A stretch of 59,377 nucleotides of DNA. Source: an uncultured Lachnospiraceae bacterium. GTDB taxonomy: Bacteria; Bacillota; Clostridia; Oscillospirales; CAG-272. The position numbers were made by a program, and so were the translations under genes. The notes beneath the pieces are model-generated. The model had not been told where the DNA came from. It searched no databases and was given only the letters and a program-made list of their open reading frames with translations. Positions 45,857-55,119 of the stretch are shown in pieces. Position 1 is the first letter of the stretch. The number at the start of each line of letters is the position of its first letter. The DNA lies in assembly GCA_964464905.1 (NCBI GenBank), contig CAYXHC010000002.1, positions 1 to 59,377 on the forward strand, written 5' to 3'.

Positions 45857-48276
45857 TCGGACAAACAAAAATGAATTTCAAAGAGTTTTTAATGAATAAC
45901 GTCGTCGTGCTCGACGGCGGAATGGGAACACAGCTTCAAGCTATGGGGCTTCTGCCCGGAGAGCACCCCGAAACGTGGAATATCACCCACCCCGATGCTA
46001 TTCGGGCAATACATAAAGCCTATTTCGACGCAGGCAGTAACGTGGTCGCCACCAATACCTTTGGCGCAAATAAGTTGAAATTTGCACCCGACGAGCTTGA
46101 AAATATCGTATCTGCCGCCGTTATTAACGCAAAGAATGCAAAATCGGACTCCGCCTCCCCGAAAGAAAAATTCATCGCCCTTGATATAGGACCGTCGGGT
46201 AAGCTTTTGAAGCCGCTCGGCGACCTTGATTTTGAGGACGCCGTCAGTGTTTTTGCTGAAACGGTGAAGCTTGGTGTGAAATACGGCGTTGACCTTATCC
46301 TGATCGAAACGATGAACGACAGCTACGAAACCAAAGCGGCACTTCTCGCCGCCAAGGAGAACAGCACGCTTCCCGTTATCGTTTCAAACGCATACGGCGA
46401 GGACGGCAAGCTGATGACGGGCGCCTCGCCGGCAGCGATGGCAGCAATGCTTGAGGGGATGGGCGCCGATGCAATTGGTGCAAATTGCTCCCTCGGCCCT
46501 GAGGGACTCCGCTCCGTTATCGGAGAGCTTCTCGAAAGCGCGTCCGTTCCGGTTATACTTAAACCTAATGCGGGGATCCCCAGAGCGGAAAACGATAAGA
46601 CCGTTTTCGATGTGACGGCGGACGATTTTGCCCGTGAAGTCTCCGACCTCGTTAAAAAAGGCGTTCGTGCGGCAGGCGGTTGCTGCGGAACAACTCCCGA
46701 ATATATCAAGGCACTCAGCGGTAAGATCGGCGGTATGATGCCTACCCCCATCACCGAAAAAAACGTAACGACGGTGTCCTCCTATACACACGCCGTCAGC
46801 TTCGGCGATTCACCCCTTCTTATCGGTGAACGGATCAATCCCACGGGTAAAAAGCTCGTAAAGGAAGCTCTCCGTAGTAACAATATGGATTATATCCTCG
46901 GAGAGGGCGTAAAGCAGCAGGAGCGCGGCGTTCACATCCTCGATGTAAACGTGGGACTTCCCGAAATAAACGAAGCCGAGATGCTGAAAGAAGCCGTTTG
47001 TGAACTGCAATCGGTAACTGACCTGCCCCTGCAGATCGATTCCTCCGACACTGCCGCTATGGAGACGGCGCTTCGCCGATATAACGGAAAGGCGATGATC
47101 AACTCCGTCAACGGTAAGCAGGAAAGTATGAATGCCGTTTTCCCACTCGTAAAAAAATACGGCGGTGTCGTCGTCGCACTCACACTCGACGAAAACGGTA
47201 TCCCCGAAACGGCTGAGGGCAGAGTTGCCGTTGCCGAAAAGATACTCGCAGAGGCCGAAAAATACGGCATAAAAAAGAAGGATATCGTCTTCGATACCCT
47301 CGCAATGACGGTCAGCGCCGACGGTAGAGCCGCAAAAGTCACCCTGCAAGCGCTTAATATCATCAAAAGCAAACTCGGATGCCATACCGTTCTCGGTGTG
47401 TCAAACGTCTCCTTCGGACTTCCCAACCGCGACGCTGTAAACGGTGTCTTCTTCGCAATGGCGCTTGAGAACGGACTCTCAGCCGCCATAATGAATCCCT
47501 TTTCTGCCGATATGATGAAGACCTACTACGCATACCGCGCCCTTTCCGGAATTGATGAAAACTGCGCCGGTTATATCGAAGCCGCAGATACCTTCACGCA
47601 AACTACGGTGACAGACTCGCGACCGTCCGCGGCAACCGCCGACACCGCTTCTGACCTGAAACACGCCATTATAAAGGGATTGAAGGATAAGGCGGCAGAA
47701 GTCACGGAAGTCCTACTGCAAACAACTCCCCCTCTCACCGTCGTAAACGAAGAGATAATCCCCGCCCTTGACCGTGTCGGTGCGGGTTTTGAGAATAAGA
47801 CTGTGTACCTTCCGCAGCTCCTGATGAGCGCGGAAGCAGCTAAAAGTGCCTTTGAGATCATCAAATCGCACATAACCGAAAGCGGAAAGGGAACGGTCAC
47901 GGGCACCGTTATACTTGCCACAGTCCAAGGAGACATCCACGACATCGGTAAAAATATCGTGAAGCTCCTTCTTGAAAATTACGGCTTCAACGTCGTGGAT
48001 CTGGGTAAAGACGTGCCCCCCGGGACGGTGCTCCGAAAGACCATTGAGCTTCACGCTCCTTTGGTCGGACTCAGCGCGCTTATGACGACCACCGTACCTG
48101 CTATGGAAGCCACCGTCCACCTCTTGAAGGAGAATGCTCCCTTTTGTAAGACCGTAGTAGGCGGTGCCGTGCTGACGCCCGAATACGCGAAAGCTATCGG
48201 CGCCGATAAATATGCCAAGGACGCGATGGAGACCGTAAGATACGCCGAATCCGTTATAAAAGGCAAAACCGAATGA
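45853..48276 (+). CDS. metH: Cobalamin-dependent methionine synthase (Hcy-methyltransferase, pterin-binding and B12-binding domains)
   Basis: 807 aa with the GGCCGTTP zinc site and the B12 motif GDIHDIGKN. The likely start is MNFKEF at 45871. Confidence 0.92.
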   Translation: MIGQTKMNFKEFLMNNVVVLDGGMGTQLQAMGLLPGEHPETWNITHPDAIRAIHKAYFDAGSNVVATNTFGANKLKFAPDELENIVSAAVINAKNAKSDSASPKEKFIALDIGPSGKLLKPLGDLDFEDAVSVFAETVKLGVKYGVDLILIETMNDSYETKAALLAAKENSTLPVIVSNAYGEDGKLMTGASPAAMAAMLEGMGADAIGANCSLGPEGLRSVIGELLESASVPVILKPNAGIPRAENDKTVFDVTADDFAREVSDLVKKGVRAAGGCCGTTPEYIKALSGKIGGMMPTPITEKNVTTVSSYTHAVSFGDSPLLIGERINPTGKKLVKEALRSNNMDYILGEGVKQQERGVHILDVNVGLPEINEAEMLKEAVCELQSVTDLPLQIDSSDTAAMETALRRYNGKAMINSVNGKQESMNAVFPLVKKYGGVVVALTLDENGIPETAEGRVAVAEKILAEAEKYGIKKKDIVFDTLAMTVSADGRAAKVTLQALNIIKSKLGCHTVLGVSNVSFGLPNRDAVNGVFFAMALENGLSAAIMNPFSADMMKTYYAYRALSGIDENCAGYIEAADTFTQTTVTDSRPSAATADTASDLKHAIIKGLKDKAAEVTEVLLQTTPPLTVVNEEIIPALDRVGAGFENKTVYLPQLLMSAEAAKSAFEIIKSHITESGKGTVTGTVILATVQGDIHDIGKNIVKLLLENYGFNVVDLGKDVPPGTVLRKTIELHAPLVGLSALMTTTVPAMEATVHLLKENAPFCKTVVGGAVLTPEYAKAIGADKYAKDAMETVRYAESVIKGKTE

Positions 48277-48312
48277 AAAAAGGCGTATGATCGGATAGAT
48301 CATACGCCTTTG
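48276..48312. terminator. Bidirectional terminator between metH and the ACP gene
   Basis: AAAAAGGCGTATGATC(5-nt loop)GATCATACGCCTTT. Confidence 0.85.
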
Positions 48313-48332
48313 ACTTCTTTTTTTAGCTTTAG

Positions 48333-48560
48333 TCACTCTACAACTTCTTCAAGATAGTTTGCAACATCGCCTACAGTGACGAATTTAACAAGCTGCTCCT
48401 CGGGAATCTCGATCTCGTACATTTCCTCGAACTTCATAACAAGGTCAGCCAGATCAATAGAGTTGATCTCAAGGTCGCCAACCAATTCAGAATCGGGGGT
48501 GATGCGCTTTTCGTCAATGTTAAGGTCGTCGACGAGTATCTGTTTGAGCTGTTCGTACAT
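48333..48560 (-). CDS. acpP: Acyl carrier protein (stand-alone)
   Basis: 75-aa acidic four-helix pattern, with the candidate phosphopantetheine Ser in DLEINSIDLADL. Confidence 0.75.
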   Translation of the reverse strand: MYEQLKQILVDDLNIDEKRITPDSELVGDLEINSIDLADLVMKFEEMYEIEIPEEQLVKFVTVGDVANYLEEVVE

Positions 48561-48793
48561 AAACTGTATGTCCTCCGAAAGGTGAATTAAAAAAGTTTGT
48601 ATCGACGTTTATCGACGATAGTTGATAATATTATATTGCAGTATATATCGAAAGTCAATAACAAGATTTTATAATATTACGAAGATGCGTATTTGATATT
48701 TGATCAAAATTAATATCTTTGCCTTGTATTCGTATGCGCTAATGTTGTATAATGATCTGTACCGTACATTCAAGAACGAAACCGGAGAAAATA

Positions 48794-49477
48794 ATGAAAA
48801 AGAATAAGAATAGCTTGCACGATGAAAATATCACCGCGAATGCCAGCGCAAAGAAAAAACAGAAAAAGGGCATAATCATTGCCTTTGCCCTGATGCTGAC
48901 GATAATACTTCTCACCTATGTTATCATCCCGGGGATTTCTTATATTGCCGAAAAGATCAGGGACGCAAACGACGACGGCTACAAAAGCGACTATATGGAC
49001 GATATAAAGAGCCTCTCCTTTTATCCTGCTGACTATAACGAGAATATATTCGAGGATGAAGAATATATGAGCCGAAACCGTTATATCGCATACACGAAGG
49101 GGAGCGATACCTTCATAATCACAAATGACGATTACTCCATCTACGATCCCACAGTCGGATTTTTTGCCGAGTATTTTGATACAGTAATTAACGGCAGATA
49201 TGAAGAATACGACAGCTATTTCACCGAGGAATATTTCGAGAATCAGAAGAATAAGGAGCGATTCACTCCTCAAAAGCTATACGATATCGAGATAAAGCTG
49301 AAAAGCACAAGCGAGATAGAGGGCGCTACGTCATATATATACTACGTCAATTATAAAATATGCAAGAATAACGGCACCTTCCGAAACGATATGGAAAGCG
49401 ACGCCTGCCGTACCCTTGTGTATGAGCTTCACCTTTACTACGACGAAACGATCCTTATAAACTATATCGGCAGATAA
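48794..49477 (+). CDS. Hypothetical single-pass membrane protein
   Basis: MKKNKN... follows a GGAGAAAATA RBS. One TM helix (IIIAFALMLTIILLTYVII) and a Tyr/Asp-rich external domain. Confidence 0.6.
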   Translation: MKKNKNSLHDENITANASAKKKQKKGIIIAFALMLTIILLTYVIIPGISYIAEKIRDANDDGYKSDYMDDIKSLSFYPADYNENIFEDEEYMSRNRYIAYTKGSDTFIITNDDYSIYDPTVGFFAEYFDTVINGRYEEYDSYFTEEYFENQKNKERFTPQKLYDIEIKLKSTSEIEGATSYIYYVNYKICKNNGTFRNDMESDACRTLVYELHLYYDETILINYIGR

Positions 49478-49509
49478 AAAGATCCCCGAGTCTCTCGGGG
49501 ATCTTTTTT
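49476..49509. terminator. Bidirectional terminator overlapping both convergent stop codons
   Basis: AAAAAGATCCCCGAG(4-nt loop)CTCGGGGATCTTTTT. Confidence 0.85.
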
Positions 49510-49777
49510 ACATCGTCGCTATGTAATCCTCAACGGCGTCATAAAAATGGATGGGAGATAAGGAAAGCCTGTTGCAAAGCTTAACGAAACGGGAAAGTCC
49601 CTTGCTTGACGAGGATATGTTCGGTACCACCTTGAGTATCATCGTTATGTCTCCTTCGTTCACGCAAAGGGCGATCCCATAGGTCTTTTCGCTTACGTCG
49701 GACCATATCAGCTCGCTTTCAAAAACGTTATATATATAACCCATTTTGTTTGAGGTGTTGTCTTTAGTGTTCTTCAT
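49508..49777 (-). CDS. Small hypothetical protein (89 aa)
   Basis: Intact ORF bounded by a terminator on one side and a promoter-like motif on the other. No function recognised with confidence. Confidence 0.55.
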   Translation of the reverse strand: MKNTKDNTSNKMGYIYNVFESELIWSDVSEKTYGIALCVNEGDITMILKVVPNISSSSKGLSRFVKLCNRLSLSPIHFYDAVEDYIATM

Positions 49778-49863
49778 GCTTAAAAAGCTCCTTTCGACCG
49801 GAATGATTGTGTCGGAAATGAGCGCGGTCGTTCATTCCCCATATATATATCAGTAAAAACGAG

Positions 49864-49875
49864 CGAAAATTATCG
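49864..49875. promoter_or_regulatory. Near-palindromic 12-mer, copy A
   Basis: CGAAAATTATCG, 12 nt upstream (minus-strand sense) of TGATATATA (complement of 49844-49852). Confidence 0.5.
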
Positions 49876-49958
49876 GTTTTTCGATAAAAAGTTTTGAAAA
49901 ATTGAAAATACACAAATAAAGTCTGGTATATAGGACGTTATTTGGTGTGCGTCCGCGC

Positions 49959-49999
49959 AAAAAAAGCGCCGTCCGAAAAAACTCGGGCGGCGCTTTTTG
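49959..49999. terminator. Terminator downstream of the secreted-protein gene
   Basis: AGCGCCGTCCG(8-nt loop)CGGGCGGCGCT, flanked by A-runs and T-runs. Confidence 0.75.
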
Positions 50000-50019
50000 T
50001 TATTTTTGCGTGTGCCTTA

Positions 50020-50409
50020 TCAGTGACAGCTCACTCTGATGTTCTGGACTACCTCAGCCGTAGCGTGGTCGCATCTTGTGCAGGTGTGCATAAGATACGT
50101 GAGCTGCATGCAGTGAGGCGCTTCATCGTATACATTATGGTATACGGAAACGGATTTGGAGTCCTCGATCTTGTGACCGAAAACGTCACAGATAAGATTA
50201 TAGGTTGAGATGCCCTCGTCCGTGGGATCCTCGGAGGTGAGGCAGAGGATGATATTTTCGATCTGATGCTCCTCAAGTCCTTCGGTGTAAACGGTGATAT
50301 CATAGCCGTTTTCGGTGTAAACGTAAACGCCTTCTTCAGCCGACGTGGGGATCACCAGCATTGAGAAAGCAAAAAGCACAGATAAAAGTACGGAAATGGA
50401 TTTACGCAT
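50020..50409 (-). CDS. Small secreted Cys/His-rich protein
   Basis: 129 aa with signal peptide MRKSISVLLSVLFAFSMLVIPTSA and C-terminal CDVFGH...HCMQ...HTCTRCDH...SCH. Confidence 0.6.
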   Translation of the reverse strand: MRKSISVLLSVLFAFSMLVIPTSAEEGVYVYTENGYDITVYTEGLEEHQIENIILCLTSEDPTDEGISTYNLICDVFGHKIEDSKSVSVYHNVYDEAPHCMQLTYLMHTCTRCDHATAEVVQNIRVSCH

Positions 50410-50421
50410 AGTAATAGCTCC

Positions 50422-51309
50422 TTAATTCAAATATTCAAGCTGCTCCGCCACCTTCTTGATAGTGGAAGAACAAGGTGCGGATATCGCGTAAACAACGTCG
50501 TCTGCAAAAATATATCCGCAATAAGAATTTGCCACGGGGATAATGTAAAGCGTGCGTCCGTCGATGACGAAAACGGAAGCTTCCTTGCTGCTTTTCAAGG
50601 TGTCTTCATTGTAGAGATAAGAGTATTCTTCTTTTTCGAATATCGCAGAGAACGCAGTTTTTACACCGTTTTCAGTGAAATAGGTCGAGATCGTGTGGTA
50701 CATGCTGTATTCTTCAAAATAAATGCTACTTTTCGATTTATCCGAACAGTCTGTTGGCCAGAGCAGATCGTATCCCTCCGCTGAAAGCTCATCGACAGAA
50801 TCGTATTTTTCGGTGAATATCGGTACCTCCACCGTCGCGTAACCGAAATCGAGCACCGTTCCCGGAGGAAGCTTGGAAATGTCCTCGGGAGTAAGACCGA
50901 ATGCGGAGAATGGATTGAAATAAGCCACAGCTCCCACGCACAGCGCGGAAAGGATCAGCACCGCAGCCAATAGGGCAACTACCCGGCGTCTCGGCATGTA
51001 GTGTTCTTTGCGTTTTTTACGTTCCTCCTTTTTGTCGTCTGCGCAATGAGCCGTTTCGGCAATACCGTCAATAATATCGCAAAGGGACCGCTCCCGGAAG
51101 AATGGCGCGATATCATCACCGTGTAATATAGAAAGGGCATCGGCACAGGAAATCAGCAGCGTAGTGTCATGCTCGGGATCGCGGGTGAGCGCTTCCGACT
51201 CGTGTTCAAAGATAGCGGTAAGCTCGTCCTTTGAATATTCCGAAAGATCAAGCTCTCCCGTATCAAATAGTTTTTTGATTTCACTGCCGTTAAATTTTTT
51301 AAGATTCAT
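50422..51309 (-). CDS. Single-pass membrane protein, anti-sigma-factor candidate
   Basis: ATG at 51309 follows GGAGG. About 130 aa are cytoplasmic, then a TM helix (VVALLAAVLILSALCVGAVAYF), then an external domain. It lies directly downstream of the sigma gene. Confidence 0.5.
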   Translation of the reverse strand: MNLKKFNGSEIKKLFDTGELDLSEYSKDELTAIFEHESEALTRDPEHDTTLLISCADALSILHGDDIAPFFRERSLCDIIDGIAETAHCADDKKEERKKRKEHYMPRRRVVALLAAVLILSALCVGAVAYFNPFSAFGLTPEDISKLPPGTVLDFGYATVEVPIFTEKYDSVDELSAEGYDLLWPTDCSDKSKSSIYFEEYSMYHTISTYFTENGVKTAFSAIFEKEEYSYLYNEDTLKSSKEASVFVIDGRTLYIIPVANSYCGYIFADDVVYAISAPCSSTIKKVAEQLEYLN

Positions 51310-51352
51310 TATGTACGCCTCCTCTCTATAATATATATCACTTTTTTTTGAG

Positions 51353-51364
51353 CGAAAATTGTCG
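51353..51364. promoter_or_regulatory. Near-palindromic 12-mer, copy B
   Basis: CGAAAATTGTCG, 13 nt upstream (minus-strand sense) of TGATATATA (complement of 51332-51340), in the gap between the sigma and anti-sigma genes. Confidence 0.5.
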
Positions 51365-51391
51365 GTTTTTTTGAAAGTTTTCAAAAAAATC

Positions 51392-51982
51392 TTATAAAAA
51401 ATGCAATTTGTCTTTGATCTCGTCCGGTAAAGACGCTATCTCGTCAAGCAAACGGCGCCATTTGCCCCGCACGGCCGCTTCGGTGATGCCAAGCTCCTGC
51501 GCCAGCTCCTTGAAGGATACGTTAAGCGTAAGGACTTTTTCAAAAAATTCGCCGTTTTTCGGAGAAAGATGCTTTCGTATCAACCGTATAAGCCGTAGTC
51601 TGCCTGCCGGATCGGAAATGCAGCTTTCGAAATTTTGCCGCACTGCCAATTCAATGTTCGCAAAGGACTTTTCGTTTTCGTGATAGTGTTGCTCGTCGGT
51701 GCAGTATCTTAAAACTGCAATGGTGCTTGCTTTGTATAGCCACCCGTCTTTGTTGGAGGATGCTTTGAATTTGTCAAAATTGTTGATGGTGATAAGGATC
51801 GTATTTTGCAGACAGTCGTCGCAGGCATCCTTGGAGTTTTCGGGAAGCAGACGATATATATTGAGCCGCAGAGCGTTCACGCATCTGTTGTATATGACAC
51901 TTAACAAAAGTTTTTCTTCTGCAGATAGCTTGCGCATCTTTTTTTGCATCATATCGCCTTCTTCCGTTAAGTAATTCGCCAT
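51392..51982 (-). CDS. Sigma-70-family (ECF-like, regions 2 and 4) RNA polymerase sigma factor
   Basis: Region 2-like DACDDCLQNTILITINNFDKF...GWLYKASTIAVLRY and region 4 SFKELAQELGITEAAVRGKWRRL. An alternative start is MMQKK at 51952. Confidence 0.75.
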   Translation of the reverse strand: MANYLTEEGDMMQKKMRKLSAEEKLLLSVIYNRCVNALRLNIYRLLPENSKDACDDCLQNTILITINNFDKFKASSNKDGWLYKASTIAVLRYCTDEQHYHENEKSFANIELAVRQNFESCISDPAGRLRLIRLIRKHLSPKNGEFFEKVLTLNVSFKELAQELGITEAAVRGKWRRLLDEIASLPDEIKDKLHFL

Positions 51983-52028
51983 GTGTAATTATATATTACA
52001 CCCAAATCCGGGAAAATACAAGTAGCGC

Positions 52029-52040
52029 CGACATTTTTCG
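52029..52040. promoter_or_regulatory. Near-palindromic 12-mer, copy C (opposite orientation)
   Basis: CGACATTTTTCG, which is the complement of CGAAAAATGTCG. It lies upstream of the sigma gene. Confidence 0.4.
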
Positions 52041-52059
52041 ATATCGTAGGTTTTTATAC

Positions 52060-52088
52060 TTGACAAGGATATCGTAAGGTGATATAAT
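52060..52088 (+). promoter_or_regulatory. Sigma-A promoter of the Mn riboswitch-mntP unit
   Basis: TTGACA, 17-nt spacer, TATAAT. Confidence 0.75.
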
Positions 52089-52094
52089 ATTCGG

Positions 52095-52256
52095 CAATGT
52101 GAGGGAGTAGCAAGCGCCCCGGGCGCAGTAAGTCAACATACTGACCGAAGGTCTGGCTTACTTTAATATGCGAGACTCATGTGAGCGTAATAGTCTTGCA
52201 TGAAGTCTTTCTTTTTGAGTTATACCGAGTGCAATTCTGCGCTCGGTTTATTTTTT
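52095..52256 (+). promoter_or_regulatory. yybP-ykoY (Mn2+) riboswitch with intrinsic terminator
   Basis: Conserved blocks GGGAGTAGC, GTCAACATAC and GCGAGACTC. Terminator ACCGAG...CTCGGT followed by TTATTTTTT (52224-52256). The downstream gene is mntP. Confidence 0.85.
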
Positions 52257-52278
52257 ATCAAAACAGAGGAATATCAAA

Positions 52279-52866
52279 ATGACAATTGACTTTATGTTTG
52301 TGTTCAACAGCATACTTATGGGAGTAGGACTCGCGATGGATGCATTTTCCGTGTCTCTTGCAAACGGACTTAATGAGCCGAAGATGAAAACGGGCAGGAT
52401 GAGCGTGATAGCTGCAGTGTTCGCCGGCTTTCAGTTTGCTATGCCTATGCTTGGCTGGGTCTGCGTTTCAACCATAGCAAACTGTTTCGAATCGTTTCAG
52501 ACCTACATACCGTGGATAGCACTTATATTGCTTTCCTTCATAGGAGGTAAAATGCTTTGCGAAGGTATCAAAGCAAAGGACGAAACTCCCGAGTGTACCG
52601 AGGTCGGCTTGGTTGCGCTTCTGGTGCAGGGAATTGCCACCTCCATCGATGCCTTGTCCGTGGGATTTACCATATCGGAGCATACGCTTTACGAAGCACT
52701 CGTCTGTTGCGCACTTATTGCCGTCACCACCTTCATCATTTGTATGTGCGGTCTTGCCATTGGCAAAAAAGCAGGAACGAAGCTTGCGGGAAAAGCAGGC
52801 ATTTTAGGCGGCGTGATACTCATTTTCATCGGAATAGAGATATTCGTAACGAGTATCTGTTCTTGA
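52279..52866 (+). CDS. mntP: Manganese efflux pump MntP
   Basis: 195 aa with GLAMDAFSVSLANGL and SIDALSVGF repeat motifs. Confidence 0.9.
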   Translation: MTIDFMFVFNSILMGVGLAMDAFSVSLANGLNEPKMKTGRMSVIAAVFAGFQFAMPMLGWVCVSTIANCFESFQTYIPWIALILLSFIGGKMLCEGIKAKDETPECTEVGLVALLVQGIATSIDALSVGFTISEHTLYEALVCCALIAVTTFIICMCGLAIGKKAGTKLAGKAGILGGVILIFIGIEIFVTSICS

Positions 52867-52875
52867 AATTAAGCG

Positions 52876-52920
52876 AGCAGGAGTGTCTTTTTCGGGCGAA
52901 AAAGACACTCCTGCTGTATT
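52876..52920 (+). terminator. Strong terminator after mntP
   Basis: 17-bp stem AGCAGGAGTGTCTTTTT / AAAAAGACACTCCTGCT. Confidence 0.85.
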
Positions 52921-53080
52921 ATGCCAAAGGAGAAAACTCTCTTTTTGTATTTATGCCTTGATTTTTATGTTTTCTTCAGTTATAATAAATCTGTGTATGT
53001 AAATTTGTCGGCAAAATTGTTGCCGATCAGCTTTGAATAGTCGGAAGAGTTCCGGTATATCATTTGCTTGGAGAATTGTA

Positions 53081-55057
53081 ATGGAGAATAGATCGATAAG
53101 AACGCGCAGCTATAATATCCGCTGGTTGCTTGTGTGGTATGATTGCATCGTTTTTGCGTTCGTAAGCTTTTTAATATTATTTTTTTACAAAGGTCTCGAC
53201 AGACCCGATACGGAGATTGCATTAAACCACGCGCTTCTTGCGTTCGTGTGCGTTTTCTCTTTCCGCTTAATAACGAATATATACCGTCAGATCTGGAGAT
53301 ACGGCGGTATTCAGTCTTATCTTAAGTTAATCCTGTCGGATACGTGTGCGTTTGCCGTATATCTCATAATCTCTCTTTCGGAAGTCTTCCCCATAGACAA
53401 GATCACGACTATTCGCGCAACCGCGCTTTTCTGTGTGAATCTTCTCTTTGCTCTTGCAATGAGAATGCTTTACCGTTACGTTTATAAATTCAGCAATACG
53501 GAAACCTTTTACGGTAGAGTACTTTGCTGGTTAATGCTCATATTCGGCCGTCTTGATATCAGAAGAGGTGCGATGGCAAGCAGCCAGAAGATAAAGATAG
53601 CAGTCGTTGGCGCAGGGCGCGTAGGCGTTGGTCTTGCAGAAGAGCTTATGAATAATCCGGCGGCATCTTACTATCCTCGCTGCTTTATCGACATAAACCG
53701 GGAAAAGATCGGTAAACGTATCTATGGTATACCGGTACTCTCCGAAAGTGAGGCAAATATTGAATCCCTGAAGGAATTCGAGGTTCAGGAGGTCGTTTTT
53801 GCTATACCTCAGATGGATATGAACGTGAAGCAGAAGCTTTACGAGTATTATCGCACTGCAGGATATAAGATCAAATCTTACGACTTTCCGCTGATGCAGA
53901 CGGCAACAAACGGGAAACGATCCATCCGTGAATTTGATATTGAGGAACTTTTGTTCCGTAAGCCCATAGTTATCTCCGACGAGGAAACGAATTCATATTA
54001 TAAGGGGAAACGTATTCTAATCACCGGAGGCGGAGGATCCATCGGATCCGAGCTTTGCCGTCAGATCGCAAAAATGGAGCCGGAAAGGCTCATTGTGCTC
54101 GATGTGTACGAAAACGGCGCCTACGACGTTCAACAGGAGCTGAGAACGGCATACGGTTCAAAGTTGGATATGTATGTTGAGATCGTGTCCGTTTGCAATA
54201 AGCAGGGACTTGAAAGAGTCTTTGCCGAGCATAGACCTCAGGTGGTGCTTAATGCTGCCGCGCATAAGCATGTTCCGCTTATGGAAAAGAACTGCATCGA
54301 AGCCGTTGAAAATAATATTTTCGGCACACTCAACACGGTCGAGCTTTCCGAAAAGTACGGAGTCGAACGTTTGATGATGGTCAGCACCGATAAGGCAGTG
54401 AATCCCACGAACGTTATGGGTGCAACGAAACGAATGTGTGAACTGATCGTTCAGGCACACAGTCAAAGCGGTACGTCCACCACCTTCAGCGCCACGAGAT
54501 TCGGAAATGTGCTCGGTTCCGCCGGTTCGGTGATACCGCTCTTCAAGCGCCAGATTGCAGGCGGAGGCCCGATCACTCTTACCGATAAGCGCATAATCCG
54601 TTACTTTATGACTATTCCCGAGGCATCTCAACTTGTGCTTCAGTCAGGCGCAATGGCGGAAAACGGAGAACTTTTCGTTCTCGATATGGGTAAGCCGGTT
54701 AAGATACTTGAGCTTGCGGAAAATATGATCCGCCTCAGTGGTCTTGAACCTTATCGCGATATCAATATTATCGAAACTGGTCTTCGCCCCGGCGAAAAGC
54801 TTTACGAGGAGCTGCTCGTAAAGACTGAGGAGCTTGACAAGACGGCAAACAAGATGATATTCGTCGAACGCGACGCACCGTTAACGATGGACGAACTCGA
54901 AGAGAAGCTGGATATGCTCAGATCTGCTGTTTCCACCGGAAGTGACGATATCGTTCGGGATACGCTCCGCCGCGTCGTTCCTACGTTCAAAGCTCCCGAA
55001 GAAATAAATGCAAAAGCGAATGAAGCCAGCGAAATGAGAGAAGCAAGCGCAGGTTGA
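53081..55057 (+). CDS. Membrane-anchored polysaccharide biosynthesis NDP-sugar 4,6-dehydratase (CapD/PglF/WbpM family)
   Basis: MENRS... follows a GGAGA RBS. N-terminal TM helices, then two Rossmann regions (AVVGAGRVG and ITGGGGSIGSEL). Confidence 0.85.
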   Translation: MENRSIRTRSYNIRWLLVWYDCIVFAFVSFLILFFYKGLDRPDTEIALNHALLAFVCVFSFRLITNIYRQIWRYGGIQSYLKLILSDTCAFAVYLIISLSEVFPIDKITTIRATALFCVNLLFALAMRMLYRYVYKFSNTETFYGRVLCWLMLIFGRLDIRRGAMASSQKIKIAVVGAGRVGVGLAEELMNNPAASYYPRCFIDINREKIGKRIYGIPVLSESEANIESLKEFEVQEVVFAIPQMDMNVKQKLYEYYRTAGYKIKSYDFPLMQTATNGKRSIREFDIEELLFRKPIVISDEETNSYYKGKRILITGGGGSIGSELCRQIAKMEPERLIVLDVYENGAYDVQQELRTAYGSKLDMYVEIVSVCNKQGLERVFAEHRPQVVLNAAAHKHVPLMEKNCIEAVENNIFGTLNTVELSEKYGVERLMMVSTDKAVNPTNVMGATKRMCELIVQAHSQSGTSTTFSATRFGNVLGSAGSVIPLFKRQIAGGGPITLTDKRIIRYFMTIPEASQLVLQSGAMAENGELFVLDMGKPVKILELAENMIRLSGLEPYRDINIIETGLRPGEKLYEELLVKTEELDKTANKMIFVERDAPLTMDELEEKLDMLRSAVSTGSDDIVRDTLRRVVPTFKAPEEINAKANEASEMREASAG

Positions 55058-55070
55058 TAACCGCGATCCA

Positions 55071-55119
55071 CCCCAATGCCCGATGCGATATTATGATCGG
55101 GCATCGGGGTTTTTGTTTT
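55071..55119 (+). terminator. Terminator after the CapD-like gene
   Basis: CCCCAATGCCCGAT...ATCGGGCATCGGGG followed by TTTTTGTTTT. Confidence 0.85.

Noticed and set aside
49864-49876. Reading of the CCGAYAA part of the shared motif as a SigD-type -10 (GCCGATAT) or an ECF-type -35/-10 pair.
   Set aside because: The upstream TAAA/AAC elements are not at consistent spacing in the two copies (there is a 3-nt indel). The gene context has nothing to do with motility.
52980-53222. 80-aa minus-strand ORF upstream of and overlapping the CapD-like gene start.
   Set aside because: It is antisense to the 5' end of a recognised gene, has no RBS, and its composition is not protein-like.
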